This document shows, piece by piece, positions 11,251-22,162 of a DNA stretch of 64,000 bases (position 1 is the first letter of the stretch; the number at the start of each line of letters is the position of its first letter). The notes beneath the pieces were generated by a model. That model was not told where the DNA came from and ran no database searches. It saw only the letters and a program-made list of their open reading frames with translations. The position numbers were made by a program, and so were the translations under genes. The stretch lies in the IMG/VR virus record IMGVR_UViG_3300049218_000295, positions 96,001 to 160,000 of that record. One strand, written 5' to 3'. The stretch is from a virus.

Positions 11251-11538
11251 ATGAAGATTTATCAAATTGGTGATGAAATTCCGGATGAGGAAGTTAAAGC
11301 CCCTGATGCAGATAAGGTCCTTACTGTGGACTCGCTGCGAGCCAAGCTTCACGAAATGAGCATTATGGCAGATATTGAGACTCGGTCCAATGACGTTTTG
11401 GTGCGGGTCCTCGATAACATCGGTACCGGACAATTTTTGGCCAACGCCGTGGATGACCACTTCTGGCTCAAAAGCAAAGCTTACAAAACAGAGCGCCGTG
11501 GAACTTCGGTGGTTTATTTCCTGAAAATGGATAAGTGA
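11251..11538 (+). CDS. Hypothetical protein
   Basis: AAGGAG SD; abuts neighbouring genes. Confidence 0.6.
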   Translation: MKIYQIGDEIPDEEVKAPDADKVLTVDSLRAKLHEMSIMADIETRSNDVLVRVLDNIGTGQFLANAVDDHFWLKSKAYKTERRGTSVVYFLKMDK

Positions 11539-11846
11539 ACAGCAAATTCATTCCGACCATTATCATCGTGCAGGAGCTTCACACCGAGTATCGCGGCTAT
11601 ACTCTGCAGGGCCGAGAATTTGTTCTGAAGCACCCTCAGCCTCGTAAAGATGAGGGCATCTTTATGGATGGGGCCAAGGTGGTTGATGAATACTGGGTTG
11701 TCAGCAAAGAAGAGTACATGCGGGTGGTTCCTGAAGCTAGGAACCAGGATTTCGATTCGGAAGAAATTTATATACCAACTTTCGTAGCAAGGCTTTCATT
11801 CCGCCCGTGCTACGTAAAGTCTTCGGCTCAAACACTCCTGGAGTAG
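11535..11846 (+). CDS. Hypothetical protein
   Basis: GTGA overlap with the upstream stop codon. Confidence 0.55.
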   Translation: MNSKFIPTIIIVQELHTEYRGYTLQGREFVLKHPQPRKDEGIFMDGAKVVDEYWVVSKEEYMRVVPEARNQDFDSEEIYIPTFVARLSFRPCYVKSSAQTLLE

Positions 11847-12173
11847 AGCGGACCACCTGCCATACTCCTGGTTCGCGTGTTTCATGAGCTTCTAGACTGA
11901 AACCGCACTTGGAACAATTCACATGCTCTCGGAGCAGGACAGAACAATTCTTGCGTTTCAAGGGTTCTCCGCAAACGCAAACACTAGGATTAAATTTGTA
12001 AGCTTCGCCGTTGTGAATTATCGTGTCCATGTCCATCCGTTCTTTTATGGTGTTATGCGTCTGCTGCAAAATAGCATGATGGGAGCACGGTGTCAATAAA
12101 TGTAGTCTACAGCGAAACTCATATTTATCTTTAAGCTTGAGTTACACAGAGTAATATTCTAAGGAGTCTATAC

Positions 12174-13412
12174 ATGAGCTTTGATATTGATGTGCCGGAG
12201 AACACTTCTCAACCACAACAGGCAGCGCCAGTCACTCCTGCCGCAACCCTTCCAGCCCAAGGGACGTCAGTGGACCTACCAGACTTAGAAATGGCGGGAC
12301 CCCGCACCAAAGCGGCCTATGTGGTTGAACCCGACCAGAAAGAACTAGCTGTCAAATTTGGAATCATTGGTTCTGGTCAAGGTGGTTCTCGCTTAGCTGA
12401 TACTTTCTACCAACTTGGCTATCGTCGGGTGTGTGCAATCAATACAACTCACCAAGATTTTTTGGGGCTTGAAATTCCAGTTAAGAACCAAAAAGTTCTT
12501 GAAGAATCTGAAGGCGGAGCGGGTAAGGACATTAAGAAGGGCGAAGAAGCACTTTCTCATGCTACCGAGGAAGTGATGAACCTTATGCGCCACTCTTTCG
12601 GTGAAGATATTGAACACATTATGGTCTGCGTCGGCGCAGGCGGCGGCACAGGAACTGGCACGGCTCTTGGCCTTGTCAAACTCGCACGCTACTACATGAG
12701 ACAGCTTAACAAACCCGAAAAGGTTGGGATGATAGTTTCCCTCCCCAAATTTATTGAAGGCGGTAAAGTCCAGGCTAATGCTCATGAACTGCTTACTGCT
12801 TTGGCTCCGGAAGCCGCTTTGGCCAAATTGGGTCCAGATGCCTCAGGCAGTCGCCTCTCCCCTTTTGTCTTGGTAGACAACGAAAGCATTCACCAAATGT
12901 TTCCCGATGTCTCGGCCAAAAAATTCTGGCAGACCGCCAATCGCAATGCCATTGGACTCTTTGACATTTTCAACGTTCTTGCGGCCCAGAAGTCGGCATA
13001 CCACACTTTTGACCGAGCAGACTACCGTAACATGTTGGACTCTGGGGTCCTCATTTTCGGGGCAACAAAGCTCGACTCTTACAAAAGTGACACCGACATT
13101 TCGGATGGCCTGCGCACCAACTTAAAGAGGACTCTCCTCGCGGATGTTGACATCACCACGGCAACCCACGTTGCTGGGATTTTGGCAGCCCCAGATGCAA
13201 TTCTTGAAATTTTGCCACAATCACACATTGACCTTGCTTTTGCTACCTTAGAGCGCATCTTAAGTGGCGAGGGTAGAAATCTAACTGTTCATCAAGGTGT
13301 CTACGAAGCCTCCCCCAACAAGATGGGACTTTTTCTCTACACCATGGTGGGCGGATTGACAATACCACAAAAACGGCTTGCCATTATGAAGGCCCGATCC
13401 GGTACAGTGTAA
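12174..13412 (+). CDS. Tubulin/FtsZ-family GTPase (PhuZ/TubZ/CetZ-like)
   Basis: IIGSGQGG, GGAGKD, GAGGGTGTG tubulin signature, VDNE, FDRADY (T7-loop-like); AAGGAG SD. Confidence 0.92.
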   Translation: MSFDIDVPENTSQPQQAAPVTPAATLPAQGTSVDLPDLEMAGPRTKAAYVVEPDQKELAVKFGIIGSGQGGSRLADTFYQLGYRRVCAINTTHQDFLGLEIPVKNQKVLEESEGGAGKDIKKGEEALSHATEEVMNLMRHSFGEDIEHIMVCVGAGGGTGTGTALGLVKLARYYMRQLNKPEKVGMIVSLPKFIEGGKVQANAHELLTALAPEAALAKLGPDASGSRLSPFVLVDNESIHQMFPDVSAKKFWQTANRNAIGLFDIFNVLAAQKSAYHTFDRADYRNMLDSGVLIFGATKLDSYKSDTDISDGLRTNLKRTLLADVDITTATHVAGILAAPDAILEILPQSHIDLAFATLERILSGEGRNLTVHQGVYEASPNKMGLFLYTMVGGLTIPQKRLAIMKARSGTV

Positions 13413-13435
13413 GCTTACTCTCTTAGGTGGATTAA

Positions 13436-15973
13436 ATGAACCTTGAAGGCCTAAATTACGATAGCAAGTTGAGCATTGATGACCTAACCTTCAATGCAAG
13501 TGTTCAGGAGCAAGCTATTCTTGACCGAACCACCATCATTTTTGGTGGTGGAACACAAGAAGGCGCTCCGATTCTCCCGACTCCGCAGTACGGGATCAAC
13601 CCCGCCAAAATCATCGCGAGTGATACAACCAGGCCACTACTAGTAACGGCTGATACCAACACTGCCCTTACAATTGATGTCAATCCAGGAACAACTGTCT
13701 CACCTAACGGGTGCATTTGTACGGTCCCCACGGCGATCCAGGCTTTACAGCTCGCAAGGACCCTGGTGGGTGATATCATAGTTGTCTACACTCAAAACCA
13801 AATTGTAGATAGCGCCCCAGTTCGAATTACTCGGTATGGCGTAGCCGAGCCTGTGCGCAGAACGCAGAATACACAAATCGTGAACTCAGCCCTGCTTTCA
13901 GACTTCACCAACCCCGTTTTATTTCCGCCTTCGGTCATGCAGAACATCGTGAGTTTGGCGGTGGTTACGGTGGTGCAGACTCAGACTGGCTTAGAACTGC
14001 AAATCGACCTTTCGGCTTCAACCTATGTTTTCAACCGCCCCTGGTATTCACCGGTGGATGTCCAACATCGTTCTTATCTCGGTACTGGTGTTGCCACAGA
14101 GAACAACCCTCACGCCACTTCATTTAATGACTTGTCTTCCGGGAACTTGACCTTATATCAAGAAGTCCTGCCCTATGGAATGGTACAATCTCGGGATGAT
14201 GCTTTCAAGGGAATGCCGGGCTATTCCTGTACAGAAACTGTAACTCCTTCCCGCATTCTGACCGACACTGGCGGCACGATCACCGCACAATCTCGCTTTG
14301 GTGGGGTGGGAGCACAATATGTTGTGCTTTCGGCTTACCCATGGGCCATGGGCTCCATGTATTCGATCTCTTCGCTATCGAGAGAAATTGCTTTTGATTG
14401 GATCAAAGGCACCAGAATTTTGGTGCTACCAGCAAGTGAAGTTCTTACTGAAGATGCCATTATTGCATACACACGTGTCACTGCACTCGAACCACCGGCC
14501 TCTCTTCTATCAAACACCATTACGCTCGGACAGCCTAATATTTCCGAAGAGCTTATTTACACAGGTGGACTAGCCGTTTCCACCCTCACCAACCCAAGTA
14601 TTGCTTATGACGGCTCTGGTCCTGTTCCTAGGAACTTCACTATTTATGCGAATAGTGACGGCTCTTTACTCAGTTCCCCTGGAATCCTTCAGCCAACGGT
14701 GACGTTAGATGCCATTGGAACTAATATTAATGCACTCACAATTGCACAGTTTGGACCTGCACACCTTTCTGTTGGTCTTGCCAATGCTGTTTCTGGCCCC
14801 AACCTATCTGTAGTTATCACTCTGTACGGTGTGGATAACGACAACAACAATATCCAAGAAACTGTGACTTTCGGTTCTTCCTGGGTGCCAGCCTCTTTGC
14901 CAGGCACCGAAAATCTTAACCAGTACATCGTGACCAACAATGTTTTTGCAAGCTTAACGGGCTACCAGGTCGTTTCCCGCGCTAACGACGGACCAAACTC
15001 CCAAATCATCATTTACGCTGAGTACCAATCCGAGATTACTCCGGCTCTAAACAATTTGGCACAAGCTGTTGGTGTTGCTTGGAGTGGCCTTTCTATTTCT
15101 TCGGTTGTCGATCTCCGCCATGTGGTTAGGGCAATTCCCGAAATTCCCAACCGTTATCAAGCCATTGGGGAAGCTTATGGAATCGGTGGAACCAGCCCCA
15201 CTTTCTTATTAAGCGAAGATTTTGCTGCTCCTCAACACCAAGAGACAACTACGGGAAGCCAAGCCGCTACATCCGCCACTTTCAATATTGACATCAACGA
15301 TTTCAGTCTGATTCAGACTAGCGACACCATCACCTTACCAAATGGTTCAACACTATCTCCCGTCTTAGCTCCGTCCATCCCAAATCGGACGCTTGGTCAG
15401 TTTCTTGCTTCGGTCTCAAATCAATCAACTCGGGACGACATGATTGCGACTCTGAATTACTCTGGTTTTAGCAGCGGGGTTACTGCCGTCGCTGACATAA
15501 ACTCCAACGTGGCCCAGGTCGACTGCACTTCCACGACAAAGGGCTCTGCTGGTAATGGTACAGTTACAACTTCCTTGGCAAACCCCAATTGTATTACGAC
15601 CTCCGGGGCGGCAGTTGGTGGTTACGACACTTTCGGCCAAATTCACCTGGTGCGCCACTGGGATTACATCAATAGCACTATTCCTTCTTCATCCGTTTAC
15701 GAAGTGTCTTACTTGCAGTCTCGTTACCAATCACGAGCTATTGCTACTGACGGAATGAATAATTTGATGCTCGTGGCCTACGGTGTTCCACAACCCTACG
15801 CCAGCAAACTTCAAGTAAGAATGCGGGTCGCACAGGGAACCTTCGACTGGAACCCTTGGCAAGTGGTTACAGGCAATGGAAACAGCTATACTTTGAGCGC
15901 TCCTGGGGTAACAAAGGTCCAAATAGAACTATTTGGTCGCTGCTCCGGGTTCTCTTTATATGAGTGGAACTAA
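13436..15973 (+). CDS. Large virion structural protein (baseplate-like)
   Basis: 845-aa S/T/N-rich ORF containing GTGVATENNPH; structural context. Confidence 0.6.
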   Translation: MNLEGLNYDSKLSIDDLTFNASVQEQAILDRTTIIFGGGTQEGAPILPTPQYGINPAKIIASDTTRPLLVTADTNTALTIDVNPGTTVSPNGCICTVPTAIQALQLARTLVGDIIVVYTQNQIVDSAPVRITRYGVAEPVRRTQNTQIVNSALLSDFTNPVLFPPSVMQNIVSLAVVTVVQTQTGLELQIDLSASTYVFNRPWYSPVDVQHRSYLGTGVATENNPHATSFNDLSSGNLTLYQEVLPYGMVQSRDDAFKGMPGYSCTETVTPSRILTDTGGTITAQSRFGGVGAQYVVLSAYPWAMGSMYSISSLSREIAFDWIKGTRILVLPASEVLTEDAIIAYTRVTALEPPASLLSNTITLGQPNISEELIYTGGLAVSTLTNPSIAYDGSGPVPRNFTIYANSDGSLLSSPGILQPTVTLDAIGTNINALTIAQFGPAHLSVGLANAVSGPNLSVVITLYGVDNDNNNIQETVTFGSSWVPASLPGTENLNQYIVTNNVFASLTGYQVVSRANDGPNSQIIIYAEYQSEITPALNNLAQAVGVAWSGLSISSVVDLRHVVRAIPEIPNRYQAIGEAYGIGGTSPTFLLSEDFAAPQHQETTTGSQAATSATFNIDINDFSLIQTSDTITLPNGSTLSPVLAPSIPNRTLGQFLASVSNQSTRDDMIATLNYSGFSSGVTAVADINSNVAQVDCTSTTKGSAGNGTVTTSLANPNCITTSGAAVGGYDTFGQIHLVRHWDYINSTIPSSSVYEVSYLQSRYQSRAIATDGMNNLMLVAYGVPQPYASKLQVRMRVAQGTFDWNPWQVVTGNGNSYTLSAPGVTKVQIELFGRCSGFSLYEWN

Positions 15974-15976
15974 TCG

Positions 15977-16876
15977 ATGACACAAAGTAGAATTCAGGAT
16001 TATGGCTCGCCGGTAGTAGCCCAAACTTTGAAAACGATGAACAAGTCGTTCGTCACTTCTGCCATTCTTTCTGGCAATCAATTCCTCGTTAATGGGGTCA
16101 ACCGCCTTCAAATCAACCCTGGAACTGCGGTCACCGACCAAGGTGTGCTCATCATTGAGAGTGAGATTAAGTATCTATCAATTCCAACTTCGGCAAACCC
16201 CGTCAGTTACACGGTTTACTACTACCATGTTGACCAACAGGTTACCGGTGGCGTGGCAGCGGTTTTGACCCTCGATTCCGGGATTTTGACCCCCGCTGTG
16301 GTCCAGGGTGTAATCCTCGGCTACATCATTTACCCTGGTGGCGGTGTGAACCTTGATGCCACAATGTTTATTCAGCCTCCGGCGCTGCAAATTGGGTCTT
16401 CGGCACCAACCGAAAACAGCGCTAACTGGATTATTCCCATTAAAAACCAGGGCTATCTCATTACTGCCCAAACGGGCGGCTCCATCACTTTCACAGACGT
16501 TTTTGATACATCGGCAACAATTCCGCAAGTATATTCGCGCATCATTAACAACACAACCACAGTTGGCACGATTACTATTGTTTATCCTTTCAAAGTTTAC
16601 GACATTCCCTACTACAAACTCCAAATAAACATGGGAGTGGATGTAAACGCAACCGTTAACCCATCGTTCATTGACTCTGGCGGCACATCAACAGTTTTGA
16701 CTCTGACCCCAATTACCGGAACCACAAACCTGACCTTCCAGGAGTACACGCTTCCCGCAGGTTCGGTCCAAACACCAAATTCGTTAGTTTATATCATGTT
16801 TGAAATTCAGGAATCACCAGGAAGGCAAGTTATTCTACAGTCTCTAGGACTGTCGCAGTATAACATACCATCCTAA
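15977..16876 (+). CDS. Probable virion structural protein
   Basis: Beta-rich 299-aa ORF starting 3 nt after the previous stop. Confidence 0.55.
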   Translation: MTQSRIQDYGSPVVAQTLKTMNKSFVTSAILSGNQFLVNGVNRLQINPGTAVTDQGVLIIESEIKYLSIPTSANPVSYTVYYYHVDQQVTGGVAAVLTLDSGILTPAVVQGVILGYIIYPGGGVNLDATMFIQPPALQIGSSAPTENSANWIIPIKNQGYLITAQTGGSITFTDVFDTSATIPQVYSRIINNTTTVGTITIVYPFKVYDIPYYKLQINMGVDVNATVNPSFIDSGGTSTVLTLTPITGTTNLTFQEYTLPAGSVQTPNSLVYIMFEIQESPGRQVILQSLGLSQYNIPS

Positions 16877-16896
16877 CAGTCTAGTGAGGAAAGTCT

Positions 16897-17388
16897 ATGT
16901 CTGATCGTTCTCCTTTTGAAGGGCTCTACGTTATCGCCAAGTTCTACATGTCAAAGGCTCCGGATGGGACTATCCATTGCATCTCCCGAAGTCTCGGGAA
17001 GCTGAGTATTGTTGAACCGGCCCAGGAAAGCAAAGTCAAACATAAAGAGGTTTGGCTCTGTCGAATCCAAAAAGAAATCAAGCCCGGACTGAATCGCGGA
17101 GCTTTTATCTTGGATGCGATTAAAAAAGTCGAGGACCCAGAGGCCCAAATTAAGAAGATCATTCCAGGTTTCTATGACCTTCAAGCGGTAGGCAAGGCAG
17201 CAATGGTTCGGCCAAACTCCGACCCCGATGCTTATTGGATGCTCTCCAAAGTGACCCGCCAGATTTTCTCGAGCAAATACTACGCCGTGGTGGTCCCTAT
17301 CCAGTACCAACCTGATGGAACAGTTTTTGATATTGAAAATGAGGAAGAAACAGAAAATGCCCTGCATAAGGTTCCGGAGCAATTATGA
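16897..17388 (+). CDS. Hypothetical protein
   Basis: GAGG SD, 163 aa. Confidence 0.6.
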   Translation: MSDRSPFEGLYVIAKFYMSKAPDGTIHCISRSLGKLSIVEPAQESKVKHKEVWLCRIQKEIKPGLNRGAFILDAIKKVEDPEAQIKKIIPGFYDLQAVGKAAMVRPNSDPDAYWMLSKVTRQIFSSKYYAVVVPIQYQPDGTVFDIENEEETENALHKVPEQL

Positions 17389-17672
17389 GGGTACGTGAGA
17401 AGAAAACTGGCGGCATCTACGAAGTTTACCCCCAGGGGCGACCTGAGGGCATTCGTTTCGTTTGTGCAACCAATTCTAAACTAGTGTTCAAATGGGAAGA
17501 ACTAGAAGCCTACATTGAAATTAAAAAACCTGCCAAGTCCGTCCAAAAGCACATCGGAGTGAAAATACCTATTGGTGCTTCGGCCTCCGTGAATTCAAGT
17601 TCTGAAGTTGCGACCCCGCGACGCGCAGTACAGCAAAATAGGTCAGCAAGGCTGGGCGGTAAGAAGATTTAG
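17385..17672 (+). CDS. Hypothetical basic protein
   Basis: ATGA overlap with the upstream gene. Confidence 0.55.
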   Translation: MRVREKKTGGIYEVYPQGRPEGIRFVCATNSKLVFKWEELEAYIEIKKPAKSVQKHIGVKIPIGASASVNSSSEVATPRRAVQQNRSARLGGKKI

Positions 17673-17673
17673 T

Positions 17674-17750
17674 TGGTTGCGAGTGAAGGAATTGCGCCTT
17701 CCGTGATCTTGGTTATGAGCCAAGCAAGCCTCTTTTGCTCCATTCTCGCG
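17674..17750 (-). tRNA. tRNA-Met(CAT), initiator-like
   Basis: CGCGAG.../CTCGCA-A-CCA with C1:A72 mismatch; CTTGG-CTCATAA-CCAAG; atypical T-loop CGCAATT. Confidence 0.75.
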
Positions 17751-17802
17751 TTAAATAAAGTAACATGGTGCTTACTTTTAGAAGAGATAAACGGGGGCAT
17801 TC

Positions 17803-18510
17803 ATGCGCAAAGTCAAAGTTACTCAGGAACAGATCAGGGAATTGGTAACAGCTTCTGAGGGCAACCCGGCTCTTGAAGAATTAGCTGGTGAATTACCTGG
17901 TTTGTCTCTTCGCATCACTAAGGATAAAGGCCAATTCAGCAAGAAGGGCGACATTCTAGAAGTTCAGCACTGCGAAGACAACAAAATTGACTTCCATTCT
18001 CCCTTTCGTTGCACTACCACCAACCCGGAAGTTGACAAGGATGATATCTGGCAACTTGACTGGATTATGGAAGGTCTCGGCAGCCAGAAGTATCTTGAAA
18101 TTGTGGATGAACCGCACAAAGCCGAGGAGCTTCTTGCTCTTTGGGAAGAAGCAGAGCAGCTCGAAGACGATGACAACGACGACTATGAAGAAGAAACTGC
18201 ATCTGTAATCGCTGCGTCTGGACCTTCTGAAGAGCAAAAAGAAGTTATGGAAGAAGTAGGTATGGATACCTCCGACCTCAAAATCATTGAAGGTAAGAAC
18301 TACAACCATCACGGGCAAGCCTATACCGATGGAAACTATTTAGCTTTTGTCGGAATGTCCTCGAAGGCGTGTGACAAGTTTCTTTACTACATGGGTGCTG
18401 AAAATGAAGCGGAGATAGTAGCCCTCTGGAAAGAGGTTGCTATTTATGAGGGCATCAGTGAAAGTCGATTGGAAGTGGACAGCGATGAAGAGGAAGATTC
18501 GGAAGACTAA
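17803..18510 (+). CDS. Highly acidic hypothetical protein
   Basis: 235 aa, D/E-rich. Confidence 0.65.
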   Translation: MRKVKVTQEQIRELVTASEGNPALEELAGELPGLSLRITKDKGQFSKKGDILEVQHCEDNKIDFHSPFRCTTTNPEVDKDDIWQLDWIMEGLGSQKYLEIVDEPHKAEELLALWEEAEQLEDDDNDDYEEETASVIAASGPSEEQKEVMEEVGMDTSDLKIIEGKNYNHHGQAYTDGNYLAFVGMSSKACDKFLYYMGAENEAEIVALWKEVAIYEGISESRLEVDSDEEEDSED

Positions 18511-18515
18511 TCCTC

Positions 18516-20069
18516 ATGAAAACCACGGCCAATGAACAGCATTTTCAATCCGTCTATCTCGACCTTGGTGCCAAGGATTGGAAAAAGCGTATCGTTTTTC
18601 ATGACCCAGTTTATGAGCAGGAGACCCCCGGAGTTGTCGCCCTGAAATCGCTCCGTCTTGAAGAAACCTTTGGTTTTGTGGTCAGTGCACCAAAAGAGAC
18701 ACTAAAGCAGTACCGCGACAGAGTTAAAGCAATGGACAAGGACCTGGAACTGGGCAAACAGGACCCGGAAAAAATCCTTTCCAAGCTCCTTGAAACCGCC
18801 AAAAGCATGGGCATGACCCTTAACTACGTGCAAAGTGGTAAAGAAGGCGCTCCTGCGAAAGAAACGGCTCTCGATGATAAAGCTATTGCACACATCAATC
18901 GACTCTACGTTTCGAAAAAAGCACTTGCGATACCGGACCTTTCGGATACTGCCTGGACCCCAAGCAAAGTCCAAGACAAGCTCGTGCGAGTTCTGGAGCT
19001 TATCAATAAAGTCTTTCCAGCCGACAAATTTCTACATCAAACCGCTGAGAAAGAAGATGATGTTCCCATCGTCCGCGTGCTTACCGGCCCTCGCGATCCT
19101 TATACTGCGGAACGCATCGGTTCTTTAGCTTTCTTTTCTACGCAGCGTGGTATGGAGTGGTACACCAAACAATTTGGCTCGACCGACTTCAGGCCACACG
19201 AAGGTTGGGTATTTGTCACCTATTTCGATGACGCCAAAATGCTTGAAGAGCCTGTTGGCAAGCTCAATTTAAATGACTCCGATGAACACTGGTCCGATTA
19301 TCTCTGTGGCCTCTTTAATTTGACTGAGAAACTGCCTTGTGGATGTTTAAAGACTTGCCCTTGCGGCTGTGCCACTCTCGCAAACTGCCCCTGCAGTCCG
19401 TTAGCTAAAGCAAGCGTTGTTACTGCGGGCGTCGCGATGACTGCAAAAAGGCCCGACCCCCAAGTCACTCGTCAAATTCTGAACCATAACTGTGTTTGGA
19501 TTGGTCACGACTCTGGTCGCACACTTGCCATGCAGCCAATAGCCCAAACCAAGAAATTTCTGATTTATCGGGCCGGTGCAACAGCCACCGCTACGGCGTC
19601 CACAGACATTGACAAAAGACTCCGGAGATTGAAAGCAAGACAGGAAGGCCGACCGTACAATTACGCCGACCTTTTCGAGCGTGAACTTGCGGATCTCGAT
19701 GACCCAGATTTTCTACCAGCGGTCCGGGAGGCACGAGCCCGGCTCCGGTCCCTCGGCTTATCTTCTCGTCTAGTGCTCGACAAGATTGTTGCTGGACAAA
19801 ATGGTTATTCGGTAAGTCTGGTACTGGATGGCAAACTGCCCGAGCAGGTAATTACCACAGCCGGGTTCACGTCTATCCGTCCCGATTTCCATGAAACCGA
19901 GCTGAACGACCGAGCCAAACTATCTATTGCCTCACTGGATGGCTCGACCAGGGTATTCCTTAGTTATGAAACTGGGTTATCCCCATCCAAAGTTAGTGAA
20001 GCAGCGGTGGTCCGCCACTATTTCCGGAGCCTCAAAGGAGCCCTCCGGAAACCACGAGCACCGCATTAA
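18516..20069 (+). CDS. Hypothetical protein with central Cys cluster
   Basis: 517 aa; CGCLKTCPCGCATLANCPC. Confidence 0.65.
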   Translation: MKTTANEQHFQSVYLDLGAKDWKKRIVFHDPVYEQETPGVVALKSLRLEETFGFVVSAPKETLKQYRDRVKAMDKDLELGKQDPEKILSKLLETAKSMGMTLNYVQSGKEGAPAKETALDDKAIAHINRLYVSKKALAIPDLSDTAWTPSKVQDKLVRVLELINKVFPADKFLHQTAEKEDDVPIVRVLTGPRDPYTAERIGSLAFFSTQRGMEWYTKQFGSTDFRPHEGWVFVTYFDDAKMLEEPVGKLNLNDSDEHWSDYLCGLFNLTEKLPCGCLKTCPCGCATLANCPCSPLAKASVVTAGVAMTAKRPDPQVTRQILNHNCVWIGHDSGRTLAMQPIAQTKKFLIYRAGATATATASTDIDKRLRRLKARQEGRPYNYADLFERELADLDDPDFLPAVREARARLRSLGLSSRLVLDKIVAGQNGYSVSLVLDGKLPEQVITTAGFTSIRPDFHETELNDRAKLSIASLDGSTRVFLSYETGLSPSKVSEAAVVRHYFRSLKGALRKPRAPH

Positions 20070-20163
20070 GACACCCACCCGCTACTTCAAGCCATTATAA
20101 AGGAAGAGCGGCTTCCCGTGTCTCCCGTTACCTATCTATCTCGGCTCACAGAGAAGCCTCTAC

Positions 20164-20192
20164 TTGACAAGTATCGTACACTGTGCTATAAT
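20164..20192 (+). promoter_or_regulatory. Consensus sigma70-type promoter for the MoxR operon
   Basis: TTGACA-17 bp-TATAAT with extended -10 TG. Confidence 0.85.
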
Positions 20193-20215
20193 AGAATTAC
20201 GAGGTACAAGGAAAC

Positions 20216-21316
20216 ATGAAAAAGCTGCAAGACCTGAAAAAAGCCCTGAACGAAGCCTGCCTGGAACGGTCCGACGTTATCGATGGCGCACTGACGGCGT
20301 TGGCCGCTCGTGAACATATGCTCATCATCGGCACCCCTGGTAGCGGAAAAAGCATGCTCTCCCGGTTGATTGCCAAGGCCACTCATGGCGAATATTTCGA
20401 GACGCTTTTTCACCCACTTATGAAGCCCGAGGAAATCTTTGGACCATTCTCTGCCAAGGGTATGCTCGAAGACAAGTTCGTTCGCAAAGTCGACGGCTAC
20501 CTCCCGACCGCTGATATCGCTTTCGGCGATGAAGTCTTCAAAGCATCAGTAAGTCTTCGCCAGACCGTGCTTGGTATCCTCAATGAGCGCCACTATAACA
20601 ACGGCGGCAAAACCTTGGCTTGCCCTCTCCGCACCTTTTTTGCAGCTTCGAACGAACTGCCGACTAGCCCCAACGACGCCGCTTTCTTTGACCGTTTAGC
20701 TCTGCGCTTTGAAGTCTCTCAAATCCAGGACGACGACAATGCTATCCTCCTTTTCACGGGTTTGCCCGAAGTCAAAATCCCAGACCTCAGCAAGGCTGAC
20801 CTCGCTCAGATTGACCAGGAAGTTCCACAAATCAAGATCACTAAAGACGTTGCCGACCTTCTAGTTGAAATCCGCCGCGAAGTCGCGAATGCTAATATCT
20901 TCGTTTCTGACCGCAAATGGCGGCAAGCAGCACGGTTGCTCCAAGCTGCAGCTTACCTCAATGGCAAGACCGAAGTGGAGCAGGACCACTTTGATATCCT
21001 GAACGCGGTTATCTGGAACACTCCGGACGAACGACCTCGCGCTCGCAAAATCATTGGTAAGCATGGCAACCCACTCGGTGAGAAGATTTTTGCCCTACAA
21101 GATGCCTTTGCCGAAATAGTCAGAAACATGAAACTTCCTAAAGGCGATGAAAACCACATCGAAATGGCAGAAGGTGTGACTAAGATGCGTGGCACGATGG
21201 AAAAGTTCTCTGAAATGAAGAAGGAACACCCAAAGAACGAAAAAGTGGCGCGGGCTTTCGAAATCTGCAAATCAGACTACAACAAGTATCTCACCAAACA
21301 TCTTGGCGTGAAATAA
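20216..21316 (+). CDS. MoxR/RavA-family AAA+ ATPase
   Basis: Walker A GTPGSGKS, PEEIFGP, FGDEVFKA, ASNELP, FFDR, SDRKWR. Confidence 0.92.
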   Translation: MKKLQDLKKALNEACLERSDVIDGALTALAAREHMLIIGTPGSGKSMLSRLIAKATHGEYFETLFHPLMKPEEIFGPFSAKGMLEDKFVRKVDGYLPTADIAFGDEVFKASVSLRQTVLGILNERHYNNGGKTLACPLRTFFAASNELPTSPNDAAFFDRLALRFEVSQIQDDDNAILLFTGLPEVKIPDLSKADLAQIDQEVPQIKITKDVADLLVEIRREVANANIFVSDRKWRQAARLLQAAAYLNGKTEVEQDHFDILNAVIWNTPDERPRARKIIGKHGNPLGEKIFALQDAFAEIVRNMKLPKGDENHIEMAEGVTKMRGTMEKFSEMKKEHPKNEKVARAFEICKSDYNKYLTKHLGVK

Positions 21317-21319
21317 GGA

Positions 21320-22162
21320 GTGACTATGACTAAGAGCGACCTTCCCATTATCGGCTGGCTAGTGAACTACAATACGACCACGAAATTCAGCATTAAGCGC
21401 GATGACTTACTCAAGCTCATGGCAAAACACGACATTCCTGGCAACATCGCCAAGAAGGTACTCGACCGCAATGCTGTCATTCGCTCGGTGCGCAATACTG
21501 CTAAAGGCATTCTCGGTAAGAAGCTACGTTTCATCGTCACTGATGAAAAAGACGTGATGGTCATGGCGATTGCGATGGTGGACTCGACAGCCAATAACGA
21601 TGCCAAAGTCAAGCAAGTTACCAAGGTGGTTTACGACAAGAAGACTACGGAATTGACAGTCGAGGGTGAACACCAAGATGCTATCAAGCAAGGCTATGAA
21701 AATGCCAAAGACAGCTACGAGTCGGACCAGTTTCGTTCCATCGTGCTCCGCTACCTCAAAAAGGAGTGCATGGCAGTCAACTACCTTGAAACCGGTAACA
21801 TCTACGTGGTGGCTACCGCGAAAGAGGACAAGCTCCAAAATATCGCCGCCCTATTCGAAGACCTTGGCAAAGACAACTGTGTTCTTCGCCGCAAAGAGGA
21901 GTACGACACCACTGCCAATCGCACCGTGATGTTGGACGTGGCAGTAGGGGAACTCCAGAAGGAAATCGAACACCACCGCAAGGATTTCGAAAACCAGGAA
22001 GACCTCACTGAGCGTGGTCTCGCCGCACGAGTTCGCAAGTATAAGGAAACCGAGCTTAAAGCCCACATGTGGGGTTCGGTTCTGCAGGAGAAGGTAGACA
22101 ACCTCGCCAAAGAACTGGATGGCCTGACTAAAGCGGTTCGCAAAAAGCTGATAGTGGAATAA
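21320..22162 (+). CDS. Hypothetical protein of the MoxR/VWA locus
   Basis: 280 aa with coiled-coil C-terminus; AAGGAG SD. Confidence 0.65.
   Translation: MTMTKSDLPIIGWLVNYNTTTKFSIKRDDLLKLMAKHDIPGNIAKKVLDRNAVIRSVRNTAKGILGKKLRFIVTDEKDVMVMAIAMVDSTANNDAKVKQVTKVVYDKKTTELTVEGEHQDAIKQGYENAKDSYESDQFRSIVLRYLKKECMAVNYLETGNIYVVATAKEDKLQNIAALFEDLGKDNCVLRRKEEYDTTANRTVMLDVAVGELQKEIEHHRKDFENQEDLTERGLAARVRKYKETELKAHMWGSVLQEKVDNLAKELDGLTKAVRKKLIVE

Noticed and set aside
832-16628. Numerous short antisense or alternate-frame ORFs inside the structural genes
   Set aside because: Shadow ORFs of long coding sequences with no motifs or initiation signals.
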